DNA of 61,065 nt, from contig CAIXLI010000110.1 of assembly GCA_903920205.1 (NCBI GenBank), positions 1-61,065 of the forward strand, given 5' to 3'. Of the stretch, positions 17,778 to 26,172 are shown one piece after another (the stretch's first letter is position 1; each line of letters begins with the position of its first letter). The DNA comes from an uncultured Pseudomonadota bacterium (GTDB taxonomy: Bacteria > Pseudomonadota > Alphaproteobacteria > UBA9219). Both the position numbers and the translations under genes were made by a program. The notes beneath the pieces are model-generated. The model was not told the DNA's origin. It worked only from the letters and a program-made list of their open reading frames with translations, and made no database searches.

Positions 17778-20228
17778 TTATTTGCCGTCGGTCTTCCCGC
17801 GCAAGCCTTCGTTCATCTGCTGTGCCGACTGCGCAAGGAACGATTTGATGCTTTCGGGCAGTTCGACCGACGAGAAATCGACGGCTTCGTCGTCGTCGCC
17901 CAGCGTAGGGATAATTGCCGAGAGATCGGCATCGGTTCCGGCAAAGGCCGGCGTGCCGTTTGCCGCCGCATAACCAGTGCCGCGCTCGACATCCTCGATA
18001 GCAAATTCGTCGCCTTCGTACATCGGCGGCAAACCGGCGCGCAAGGCATCGCGTTCTTCGTCCGACATATCGTCGATGAAAGGCGCTGTTGTCCGTTTGG
18101 TGGACACGGGCGCGTCCAGCGAGTCGAAATCGTCCGAAACGGTGTAGGGCTGCTTGCCATTTCCGTTTTTCGCGGCGGCGCTCTGCGCGTCGCCAGAGGA
18201 CGCAGCTTTGGGGGCGGCGGGAAGAACGCCCATGGACGCAACGCTGACGATGCCCATGTCGACCGCAGACATGTTTGCCGTAGTCGCGGCTTTGACCATT
18301 TTGACAAGTGTTCCGATTTCGGGTCCTTCCTTGACGGCGCCCCCAGCACCTGCTGCTGTCCAGTCTTTGTCCTTAAGGCGCGAGGCCAATTCCAACATCA
18401 CGCGATCACGCGCTTCGGTCGATTTCGTAACGCCAGGCACCGGCAAGAAGCGATGCACGCGCAGCGCCTTGGCTTTTTCCGGCACGGCATAGAACATTTG
18501 TGTCTTGTAGGCCCAATCGCTGAAGATCAAATGCGCTTCGCCTTCGCGTTGCCCGCGCAAATGGTCGTAGTCGACGCGTTGGCGGTTCGTATAACTTGCC
18601 TGACGATCGTCTTGGAAAGGCGCGTTCATAAACATGTTAGAGACGGTGTTGGTCGGCGCGCTAAAGCCCTTGGTTTCCATGACCCATGCCGTGCCGCCGT
18701 GGCGGGTAACAAATTCTTTGGTATCGGTCGGATCTTCGATGCGGCCCAGAATTTTCAAGTTACAGTTGCCGACGATGGATTTGGCTTCCTGCTTGACGCG
18801 TTTTTCCATCGAGGGCAAATCCTGCGCCGCGAACACCAAAGAGAAGCCAAGAGACCGCGCCTGTGCCGCCATGACCGCCATACCTGCGGCGGTATAGTAA
18901 CCGACTTCGTCAAACACGGTCATAAAGGAGGAGTTGGAGCGGGTTTGCTTGCTGCCGACGGCGTTTTCCCATCCGCCTTCGACGGTGTTGCCCAGCGTGG
19001 CACCCATCATGCCTTTCAGGCACGACGCGACGATTTTACCGAGGTTGGCGGCTTCGTCACCGGATTTTTCCAGAGCGGGAATCAAAACGACCATGATGCG
19101 GCGGTTCAGCACGACGTCCAGAACGTCAATATCGGCAAGCTGCGCTTTAAAGATATAGCCGTATTCGTCGGCCAAAGACTGCATCGAACGCGTAAACTGC
19201 ATCGACAGATAGCCGTGCTGCTGACGCGCTACTTGCAAATCGTACATCGGCTGGTCTGGCGATGGCGGGCGTTCGTTGCCTTCATCGTCGAAGGCCGCGG
19301 CGACGAAGCCAGGAAGCGTGTTCAGATAGCCTTCCAGCCCGTGCACGATGCGCGCGGGCAAGGTTTGATCGCGCGATAGGCGGATAATCGGCTGGAGTTC
19401 CAAATGGTCGCGGACGACGCCGACATCCAGCAACATGCCTTGCTTGTCGCGCCGGAAAGTCAGCGCGGGCATCAGGGCGAACATCAAGGCGACGGCGCGT
19501 TCTTTCCACATCGCGTTGTCGCCACCGGCATCCGGCATCAAATTAACGACAAGGTTGGCAAGATAGGAGGCCGAACCGTTGGAAAACGGGTTCATCGAAT
19601 TGGACATCGATCCGTCGTCCGAGTTTCCGGTCATATAGTTCAAAACCAAAATATCGTCGTCGCGTCCAAAGCGGCGGGTCAGCGAATAGAGCGATGCCCA
19701 CAAATCGGTATCGGCTTTACCGTCGGTATAGGAAAAGCCGGAACCCCAGGCCAGCGTGTTGGTGACCATGGATTTCAGGCCTTCGGTTTTGCCCGAACCT
19801 GTTGTGCCGAGGTAAAGGATATGCGTGCGCGCGTCGGTGTTGGTCAGCCATACTTCGCGCCGGAAATCGTCGTCGTCCACATCCGAAACGTTGCCAAGAA
19901 ACAAAATGCCTTCGGACCTTCCTCCGCTGGTCTTGCCGGGCGGGGGGTTATGAGGATCGGGCATATTGGCATAGCGGGGAATTTTAAAAGGCAGCAGAAA
20001 AGGGCGGTTGAGAACCCACCGGAAATAAAAATACAGAACTACGGCCGCAAGATCGGCACAGGCTCTGACTTCGGGATCGGCAAAAAACATCGCGGCAACT
20101 GAACCATAGGCAACCGAAGCTATGATCTCCGGCTTGGAGATTATAGCCGCAATGCGCACCGAAACGGGACGCACATCGCGCAACATGGTGCGCTGGGCAA
20201 CTTGATGTTTTTTAAGAAGAATAGGCAT
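17778..20228 (-). CDS. icmO: Type IVB secretion coupling ATPase, IcmO/DotL (TrbC-like)
   Basis: Walker A 'GTTGSGKT', 'DGKAD', 'FGRDDDILVLNYMTG', 'MWKERA', 'LEKSGDEAANLGKI', Walker B 'FDEVGYY', 'AQARSLGFS', 'QREGEAH'; long acidic C-terminal tail. Confidence 0.85.
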   Translation of the reverse strand: MPILLKKHQVAQRTMLRDVRPVSVRIAAIISKPEIIASVAYGSVAAMFFADPEVRACADLAAVVLYFYFRWVLNRPFLLPFKIPRYANMPDPHNPPPGKTSGGRSEGILFLGNVSDVDDDDFRREVWLTNTDARTHILYLGTTGSGKTEGLKSMVTNTLAWGSGFSYTDGKADTDLWASLYSLTRRFGRDDDILVLNYMTGNSDDGSMSNSMNPFSNGSASYLANLVVNLMPDAGGDNAMWKERAVALMFALMPALTFRRDKQGMLLDVGVVRDHLELQPIIRLSRDQTLPARIVHGLEGYLNTLPGFVAAAFDDEGNERPPSPDQPMYDLQVARQQHGYLSMQFTRSMQSLADEYGYIFKAQLADIDVLDVVLNRRIMVVLIPALEKSGDEAANLGKIVASCLKGMMGATLGNTVEGGWENAVGSKQTRSNSSFMTVFDEVGYYTAAGMAVMAAQARSLGFSLVFAAQDLPSMEKRVKQEAKSIVGNCNLKILGRIEDPTDTKEFVTRHGGTAWVMETKGFSAPTNTVSNMFMNAPFQDDRQASYTNRQRVDYDHLRGQREGEAHLIFSDWAYKTQMFYAVPEKAKALRVHRFLPVPGVTKSTEARDRVMLELASRLKDKDWTAAGAGGAVKEGPEIGTLVKMVKAATTANMSAVDMGIVSVASMGVLPAAPKAASSGDAQSAAAKNGNGKQPYTVSDDFDSLDAPVSTKRTTAPFIDDMSDEERDALRAGLPPMYEGDEFAIEDVERGTGYAAANGTPAFAGTDADLSAIIPTLGDDDEAVDFSSVELPESIKSFLAQSAQQMNEGLRGKTDGK

Positions 20229-20320
20229 TCTTTTGCCGCCTCAGTTTTTCCCGAAAAAGTCTCGTACTTAAACGGGGCGTAGTTTAGCTGAAAATTGCCC
20301 CTAAGTCTTGTGCGTTTAAT

Positions 20321-20336
20321 GTTAGTTTTTGGTTAA
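20321..20336 (-). promoter_or_regulatory. Near-consensus CtrA box upstream of icmO
   Basis: Minus strand TTAA-CCAAAAA-CTAAC versus consensus TTAA-N7-TTAAC (1 mismatch). Confidence 0.5.
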
Positions 20337-20367
20337 TTTAAGTCTTTTTCGGCATCCTTCTCGAAAA

Positions 20368-21195
20368 TCAACGGGTCCCGACGATGAAAAGACCTTTTTC
20401 GTCGGCTAATTGCCTGACGCGGTCGCGGTCGATCAAAAGGCTTCGTCCGGCTTCGGCAGCGATGCCGCGCAGGCCTGCTTGTTCTGCCGCTTCTATCGTG
20501 TCAGGTCCGATGGTGGGGAGGTCGAAACGGTCGTCTTGTTGGGGTTTTGCCATTTTGACTAGCACACCGCCTGCGCCTTCGCGGCGCAGGGATTTGCATC
20601 GGGCGAGCAGGGCGTCCGTGCCCTCGATCGCTTCGACTCCCAGCACGAGGCCTTGCTGCACGACGACAGATTGACCGACATCGGCGCGACCCAAGGCCTG
20701 CGCGACGGCGACGCCTCTGGCAATGTCCTGCTCCGCTTGGGTGTCGGGAGAGAGTGCGCCCAGACTTCCTTCGGGCATCAGGGTGCCGCCTAGAATATCC
20801 TGCACACCGATGACGTGTACGGCGCATTCTTGTTCAATGGCTTGGCCTACGGCTCGCAGAAGCGCGTCGTCGCCCAGAAGGTTCATCCCTATTTTGGCAA
20901 GAGCCTTGATCGCCAGCCAGTCAGGTTTTAACTCGCTCAGTGACGGACGCCGGACTCGACCGATCATCACGATTTCGACGATTTTCTCTGTTGCCGCAAG
21001 GTCGCGCAATTTACCGAATGCGCCCAAAGGCAGCCATGTATGGGGGGCGTCATCCGCGATGTCTTGGTCGGCTTGGCCTTCAAGGCAGACGACGTAAAAG
21101 TCGCGTCCCTGTGCGCGGCAAGCCTCGATCACGCGGCGCGGTGCTGTGCCGCCTCCAGCGATAATCCCAAGCTTGGGGTGCGGCGAAGCGTTCAT
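20368..21195 (-). CDS. lpxI: UDP-2,3-diacylglucosamine diphosphatase
   Basis: 'LGIIAGGG', 'GDDALL', 'DVGQSVVV', 'EAIEGTD', 'VKMAKPQQDDRFDLPTIG'. Confidence 0.93.
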   Translation of the reverse strand: MNASPHPKLGIIAGGGTAPRRVIEACRAQGRDFYVVCLEGQADQDIADDAPHTWLPLGAFGKLRDLAATEKIVEIVMIGRVRRPSLSELKPDWLAIKALAKIGMNLLGDDALLRAVGQAIEQECAVHVIGVQDILGGTLMPEGSLGALSPDTQAEQDIARGVAVAQALGRADVGQSVVVQQGLVLGVEAIEGTDALLARCKSLRREGAGGVLVKMAKPQQDDRFDLPTIGPDTIEAAEQAGLRGIAAEAGRSLLIDRDRVRQLADEKGLFIVGTR

Positions 21196-21752
21196 TTCTT
21201 GCCTAAGATGGACAAAGGAACGTGCACATAGACGCCCGCGATTTCCGCGCCCGGATCTTCGGTGCCTAGTCCTGCGTTCGAGATGTGGCTGATAAAGCCC
21301 GTTACGCGCAGATTATTGTTAAAGCGCCAGCCTAGTTCAAGCTGCGAACGGAATTCCAGAACCGAGCCTAAGGATCGCGTGTCGTTGCCCTGACCGAAAG
21401 CGCCGACCGCTTCGCCCCAGGTGAAGATGCCGTGACGAAGAAAGGGAACGTCGAGGTCGAACCCACCATGGGGGAAGATCGCGCCTTTGGTGTTGCCTTC
21501 AAAGCCGAGGGAGGGATGGACTTGAAGAAAGGGCTCTACGCTGTTGAATCTGCGGGAGATTTTGGGGAGGAGCGAGACGCCCCAGCGATATTCGATACGA
21601 TAATCGACTGATTGCCTGCTGTTCTCGAACTTGTCGAAATTATAGCCGCCGCCGCCGAAAGAAAGATAATCGGGCGTGGCTCCCGCCTGCGCGGGGGAAG
21701 AAAGCAAGGCGCTTAGCAAAGCGAGGGCGAGGAGGGCGAGGGAACGGGGCAC
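21192..21752 (-). CDS. PagL-like lipid A 3-O-deacylase (outer-membrane beta-barrel)
   Basis: Signal peptide; 'LGSVLEFRSQLELGWRF', catalytic 'HISNAG', 'PGAE'. Confidence 0.8.
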   Translation of the reverse strand: MPRSLALLALALLSALLSSPAQAGATPDYLSFGGGGYNFDKFENSRQSVDYRIEYRWGVSLLPKISRRFNSVEPFLQVHPSLGFEGNTKGAIFPHGGFDLDVPFLRHGIFTWGEAVGAFGQGNDTRSLGSVLEFRSQLELGWRFNNNLRVTGFISHISNAGLGTEDPGAEIAGVYVHVPLSILGKK

Positions 21753-21821
21753 GGGAAATCCTGACTAAGGGAAGATCAATCTTATACCAACGGCATTTAA
21801 AAAAAACTACGCGACTTTAAG

Positions 21822-21927
21822 ACTCCCCCTTCCCTCAAGGGGAGGGGGAGTTTGTTCGGCTCTTGCCGCAACGACAAGCTTTTTCATTATGCCGTTTGTC
21901 TTATTCCCTCCCCGCGAGGGGATGGGA
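21822..21927. repeat. Two GC-rich REP-like hairpins downstream of pepN
   Basis: ACTCCCCCTTCCC-TCAA-GGGGAGGGGGAGT (21822-21851) and TCCCTCCCC-GCGA-GGGGATGGGA (21905-21927). Confidence 0.65.
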
Positions 21928-21939
21928 TTCTTGCGCAGC

Positions 21940-24543
21940 TTAGCCTTTCAGGCTTTTGCCGACAACCTCTGCTGTGTTGGAGGATAGTTTTTTCTGTTTC
22001 GACAGGCGTTTTAATTCGACCAGCATTAATTTCTGCCGTGCTTTGTTGTAATCGCGCCAGCGGGAAAATGCTTTGGCCAAACCAGCCGCGCTGTGCGGAT
22101 TGATGGGGTCGATTTTCAGGATCATATCGGCGATGAAGCGATAGCCGGAGCCGTCTTTGGCGTGGAAGCCCATGCCGTTTGCGGCAAAAACGCCGATCAA
22201 GGCCGAGATGCGGTTGGGGTTTTTGAGCGTGAAGGCGGTGTGGTTCATCAACCTACGCGTGGTTTTCAGAACATCGCCGCGTTTCGCGCTTGCTTGCACT
22301 GCCAGCCATTTGTCCATGATAGTGGGCGTTTTTTTCCACTTCTTTTCGAACGCGGCGAAGGCTTTGTCGCGCAGAGGGGCTGTCGTTTCCTCAAGGATAG
22401 ACAAGGCCGCGATTTGGTCGGTCATGTTTTTCGACTTCGTGGCTTGGAGGAAAACCTGTTTCAGAATTTTCGCGTCGCCTGTTACCGCCAGATAGGACTG
22501 GCAAAGATTTTTCAAGCCGCGCCGCCCCATGCTGGCACCGTCGGCGGCTGTGTCTTTGACGCTTTTTGCCAGATGTTTATGCGCGGCGGCGAAGTCGTCG
22601 CGGAGACGATGGGCGATGCGTTTGACGAGCGCTTTGCGGGAGGCGTAGAGAGCGTCGGGTTCAATCAGTTCGTTCCGCGCTTGCAGGGCGAGGCCGAGTT
22701 CGCCTTCTGCGGGGAGAGACAAGACCATCGCTTTGAAGGCGGGGTCTAGCTTTTTGTCGCGCAGGACGTTGCTGAGAGCTTCGATAAAGGCTTTTTCGGC
22801 TTCTGCCGAGGGGGCAGACAACAAAAGCTGCGTGGCGAGTTTGAAGCCTGCTTCCCACCTGCTGAACGGGTCGCTGTCATGGGCGAGAAGAAACAGAAGC
22901 TCTTCGTTCGTGAAGGCGTAGTTCAGGCGCACGGGCGCGGAGAAGTCGCGCAAGAGCGACAGGACGGGCTTGTTTTTGATGTTTTGGAAAACGAAAGTTT
23001 CGCTTGGTTTTTTTAGCGACAGAACTCTGGTGCCAATCAAATCCTTGCCGCTGCGGTCGAGAAGGCCGACGGCGAAAGGAATGTGCAGAGGTTTTTTCTT
23101 CGGCTGTCCGGGGGTCGGTTTGCAGGATTGTTTGACTTTCAGCGTCAGCGTTTTCGCTTTCGCGTCGTAGCGGCTGGAGACATCAAGAACCGGCGTTCCG
23201 GCTTGTCTGTACCAATACATGAATTGGGTCAGGTCGATTTTGTTCGCGTCGCTCATGGCTTTGACAAAATCGTCGCAGGTGACGGCTTGACCGTCATGGC
23301 GTTTGACGTAGAGAGCCATGCCTTTGTCGAAGCCCTTGCGTCCGATGAGGGTTTGAATCATGCGGACGACTTCTGCGCCTTTGTCGTAGACGGTCGCGGT
23401 GTAGAAATTGTCGATGGCTTGATAATGGTCGGGGCGGATGGGATGCGCCATGGCGCCTGCGTCTTCGGCGAATTGGCGGCGGCGCAGATCGCGCACATTG
23501 TCCAAGCGTTCGACCGACACGGAATTCGCGTCGCCGCAATATTCCTGTTCGCGGAAGACGGTCAGTCCTTCCTTAAGGCTAAGCTGGAACCAATCGCGGC
23601 AGGTGATCCTGTCGCCTGTCCAGTTGTGGAAATATTCATGCGCCACGACGCGTTCGATAAAGGAAATCGTGGCGTCGGTCGCCGTTTCGGTGCGGCCTAG
23701 AACGCAGGAGTCGTTGAAGATGTTCAGGCCTTTGTTTTCCATTGCGCCCATGTTGAAGAAGGGCGTGGCGACCATCATGAAGCGGTCGAGGTCATATTCC
23801 AAACCAAAGCGTTCTTCGTCCCATTTCATCGCTTTTTTAAGCGCGGTCAGGGCGAAGCTGGTTTCTTTGGTTTTGCCGGGTTCGACATAGATTTCGATCA
23901 GGACTTCGCGGCCTGATTTGGTGGTGAAGCGGTCGACGCGTTTGTCGAGTTTGCCTGCGACCATGGCGAAGAGGTAGCAGGGTTTCGGGAATGGGTCTTC
24001 CCAGATGGCAAAATGACGGGCTTCTTTGCCGATCTCGTCGCCGACAGCGACCAGATTGCCGTTAGCCAGCAGGACGGGGTATTTCTTTTTGTTCGCGTGA
24101 AGCGTGACGCGGAATTTCGCCATCACATCGGGACGGTCGGGATAATAGGTGATGCGGCGGAACCCTTCGGCTTCGCATTGCGTCGAGAGCATCGCGCCCG
24201 AGGAATAGAAGCCAGAGAGAGCTGTGTTCGCATAAGGGTTATGCGTGCTGACGATGGCGATTTCGGCTTTGTCGGGAAGGCCGGAGAGGGTGAGGCCATG
24301 CGCCGTCAGTTTGTAGTCTTTCTTGCCAAGCTTGCGCCCGTTGACTGCGACGCTGATGAGTGTTTGCGCTTCGCCGTTGAGGAAGAGCGGGGCTTTCTTA
24401 TTTTTGGCTTTAGGGTTGCGCGTGAGGGTCAGGCGCGAGGAGACTTTGGCGTGGTCGTCACGAATATCGACATCAAGATCGACCTTCTTGAACAGAAAGG
24501 CGGGGGCAGTGTAATCGGCGAGGCGTGTTTCTTGGGTGGACAT
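21940..24543 (-). CDS. pepN: Aminopeptidase N (M1 family)
   Basis: 'TQCEAEGFRRIT', GAMEN, HEYFHNWTG, 'LKEGLT', 'YTATVYDKGAE'. Confidence 0.97.
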   Translation of the reverse strand: MSTQETRLADYTAPAFLFKKVDLDVDIRDDHAKVSSRLTLTRNPKAKNKKAPLFLNGEAQTLISVAVNGRKLGKKDYKLTAHGLTLSGLPDKAEIAIVSTHNPYANTALSGFYSSGAMLSTQCEAEGFRRITYYPDRPDVMAKFRVTLHANKKKYPVLLANGNLVAVGDEIGKEARHFAIWEDPFPKPCYLFAMVAGKLDKRVDRFTTKSGREVLIEIYVEPGKTKETSFALTALKKAMKWDEERFGLEYDLDRFMMVATPFFNMGAMENKGLNIFNDSCVLGRTETATDATISFIERVVAHEYFHNWTGDRITCRDWFQLSLKEGLTVFREQEYCGDANSVSVERLDNVRDLRRRQFAEDAGAMAHPIRPDHYQAIDNFYTATVYDKGAEVVRMIQTLIGRKGFDKGMALYVKRHDGQAVTCDDFVKAMSDANKIDLTQFMYWYRQAGTPVLDVSSRYDAKAKTLTLKVKQSCKPTPGQPKKKPLHIPFAVGLLDRSGKDLIGTRVLSLKKPSETFVFQNIKNKPVLSLLRDFSAPVRLNYAFTNEELLFLLAHDSDPFSRWEAGFKLATQLLLSAPSAEAEKAFIEALSNVLRDKKLDPAFKAMVLSLPAEGELGLALQARNELIEPDALYASRKALVKRIAHRLRDDFAAAHKHLAKSVKDTAADGASMGRRGLKNLCQSYLAVTGDAKILKQVFLQATKSKNMTDQIAALSILEETTAPLRDKAFAAFEKKWKKTPTIMDKWLAVQASAKRGDVLKTTRRLMNHTAFTLKNPNRISALIGVFAANGMGFHAKDGSGYRFIADMILKIDPINPHSAAGLAKAFSRWRDYNKARQKLMLVELKRLSKQKKLSSNTAEVVGKSLKG

Positions 24544-24683
24544 GATGCGATGGGGGTTCGGGGAAAAGGGGATGCTATAGGAAAGAGAGACAGTTGTCTA
24601 AAGCTTGGCAAAGGTGAAAAGTTTTGGCGGGTGACTTGGGGCAACAGCGCACATGACCCGTATACGAAATCTCTTGCGGAAAT

Positions 24684-24718
24684 CCCCCCTCCCTAACCCT
24701 CCCCGCGAGGGGGAGGAG
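24684..24718. repeat. GC-rich REP-like element upstream of pepN
   Basis: CCCCCCTCCCTAACCCTCCCCGCGAGGGGGAGGAG; core CCCTCCCCGCGAGGGG (24697-24712) identical to 21906-21921. Confidence 0.65.
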
Positions 24719-24782
24719 ATTTTGTTGTGCTTGTGGCGACGGCCTATTTAGCTTGAAAGTCTTAACTTTCCGTTGTCGGGTT

Positions 24783-25145
24783 TTAGAACATATTCAATTG
24801 CATCCGCGCTTCGTCGGACATGCGCGAACGTTCCCAAGGCGGATCCCAGATGAGGTTGACGGTGACTTCGTTCGCGCCCTCTGTGTCGAGAACGGCGCTT
24901 CGTGCCATTTCGGGGAGTTGTTCCGCCATGGGGCAGTTGGGGGTGGTGAGGGTCATATCGATGGTGGCGTCGAAGGTGCCGTTGTCCTTGGGGGCTATAT
25001 CGACTTTGTAGATCAGTCCTAGGTCGAAGATGTTGACGGGGATTTCGGGGTCGTAGACCGTTTTTAATTGCTCGACGACGCGGGTGCCGAAAACGGAAAC
25101 GGCCTCGGCGAGAGCTTCGGGGGATGTTGGGGGGATGTTGCTCAT
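24783..25145 (-). CDS. sufT: DUF59/MIP18 Fe-S assembly protein (SufT-like)
   Basis: 'VYDPEIPVNIFDLGLIY', 'MTLTTPNCP', 'WDPPW'; ATGA overlap with sufU. Confidence 0.88.
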   Translation of the reverse strand: MSNIPPTSPEALAEAVSVFGTRVVEQLKTVYDPEIPVNIFDLGLIYKVDIAPKDNGTFDATIDMTLTTPNCPMAEQLPEMARSAVLDTEGANEVTVNLIWDPPWERSRMSDEARMQLNMF

Positions 25146-25612
25146 TCGGTCGAGACTTTCTTTTTGTCTTTGAGGGCGGCTTGAAGCGTGTGCCATGCAA
25201 GGGTCGCGCATTTGACGCGGATGGGGTAGGCGCGGACGCCGGAGAGGGCTTGGATGTGGTCGAGGGCGTCTTCGTCGAGGCCTGTCGCGTCGGTCGGTTG
25301 GCCGGTGCAGGCGTTGTGGAGATAGTCGAACAGGCGCGAGGCTTCCTCTGCCGTTTTGCCTTTTAGCATCTCGGTCATCATCGAGGCCGAGGCGACGGAG
25401 ATGGCACAGCCGCTTCCTTGGAAACCGACATCTTGAATGACGCCGTGATCGTCGGTCGTGACATAGAGCGTGATTTTATCGCCGCAGAGGGGGTTGTGCC
25501 CCAAGGCCTCGTGGTTCGCGGCGGGGAGGACGCGAAAATTGCGCGGGTGCTTGCCGTGGTCGAGGATCAAATCTTGGTAAAGGTCGCGGAGGTCGTTATC
25601 GGGAACCGTCAT
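25142..25612 (-). CDS. sufU: SufU/NifU-like scaffold or sulfur-transfer protein
   Basis: 'LYQDLILDH', 'NPLCGD', 'GCAISVASAS', 'RVKCATL'. Confidence 0.92.
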   Translation of the reverse strand: MTVPDNDLRDLYQDLILDHGKHPRNFRVLPAANHEALGHNPLCGDKITLYVTTDDHGVIQDVGFQGSGCAISVASASMMTEMLKGKTAEEASRLFDYLHNACTGQPTDATGLDEDALDHIQALSGVRAYPIRVKCATLAWHTLQAALKDKKKVSTE

Positions 25613-26172
25613 TGCGGAAGGCCTTTCGTCGTGTCGAGAAACGGGAGCCATTCGTTTTCGATAGCGTGAAAACGCTCGTTATACTCGTCCCACGTTTGAA
25701 GGATAGAGGGAATGTCGGCGCGGCGGTGGCGAACATCGGCGGCGCGTTCGTCCAGCGACATTCTTTGCCCATCCAGCCCTGTATGAAGATCGCAGAAAGT
25801 CAGGGCGCGGGATAAAGGTGTTTTCATAAGCAGGCATTCGGGGGCGTAATAGTCTTTGATGTCGGGGCGGAGCAACTGTGCTTCTTTCCATGATCCGCTG
25901 TGATACAGGACGGCTTCGGCGATGTCTTCACTAAGCCCGTGTTGTCGTGCGGCAAGGGCTCCGTCGAGGGCGTGAAATTTTGTGACGCGCCATTTTTCGG
26001 CATAACCGCAATCGTGATAGAGCTCGGCGAGGATAAGGTTGCCGCCAAATTTTCCGTGGGACTTTTCGATTTGCTCCGCCGTTCTGACAACGCCCGCGAT
26101 ATGCGCGTATCGCGCCGCACCTTCGGGGAGGGCGGCGTGTATGTCGTTCAGCGTGAGAAGGCTGGAGGTCAT
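25609..26172 (-). CDS. HD-domain metal-dependent phosphohydrolase
   Basis: H...HD...H...D pattern: 'RYAH', 'LYHDCGY', 'FHALDGA', 'LYHS', 'TFCD'. Confidence 0.8.
   Translation of the reverse strand: MTSSLLTLNDIHAALPEGAARYAHIAGVVRTAEQIEKSHGKFGGNLILAELYHDCGYAEKWRVTKFHALDGALAARQHGLSEDIAEAVLYHSGSWKEAQLLRPDIKDYYAPECLLMKTPLSRALTFCDLHTGLDGQRMSLDERAADVRHRRADIPSILQTWDEYNERFHAIENEWLPFLDTTKGLPQ

Noticed and set aside
17685-19379. 564-aa plus-strand ORF
   Set aside because: Antisense shadow of icmO with no recognisable motifs; long shadow ORFs are expected in GC-rich coding DNA
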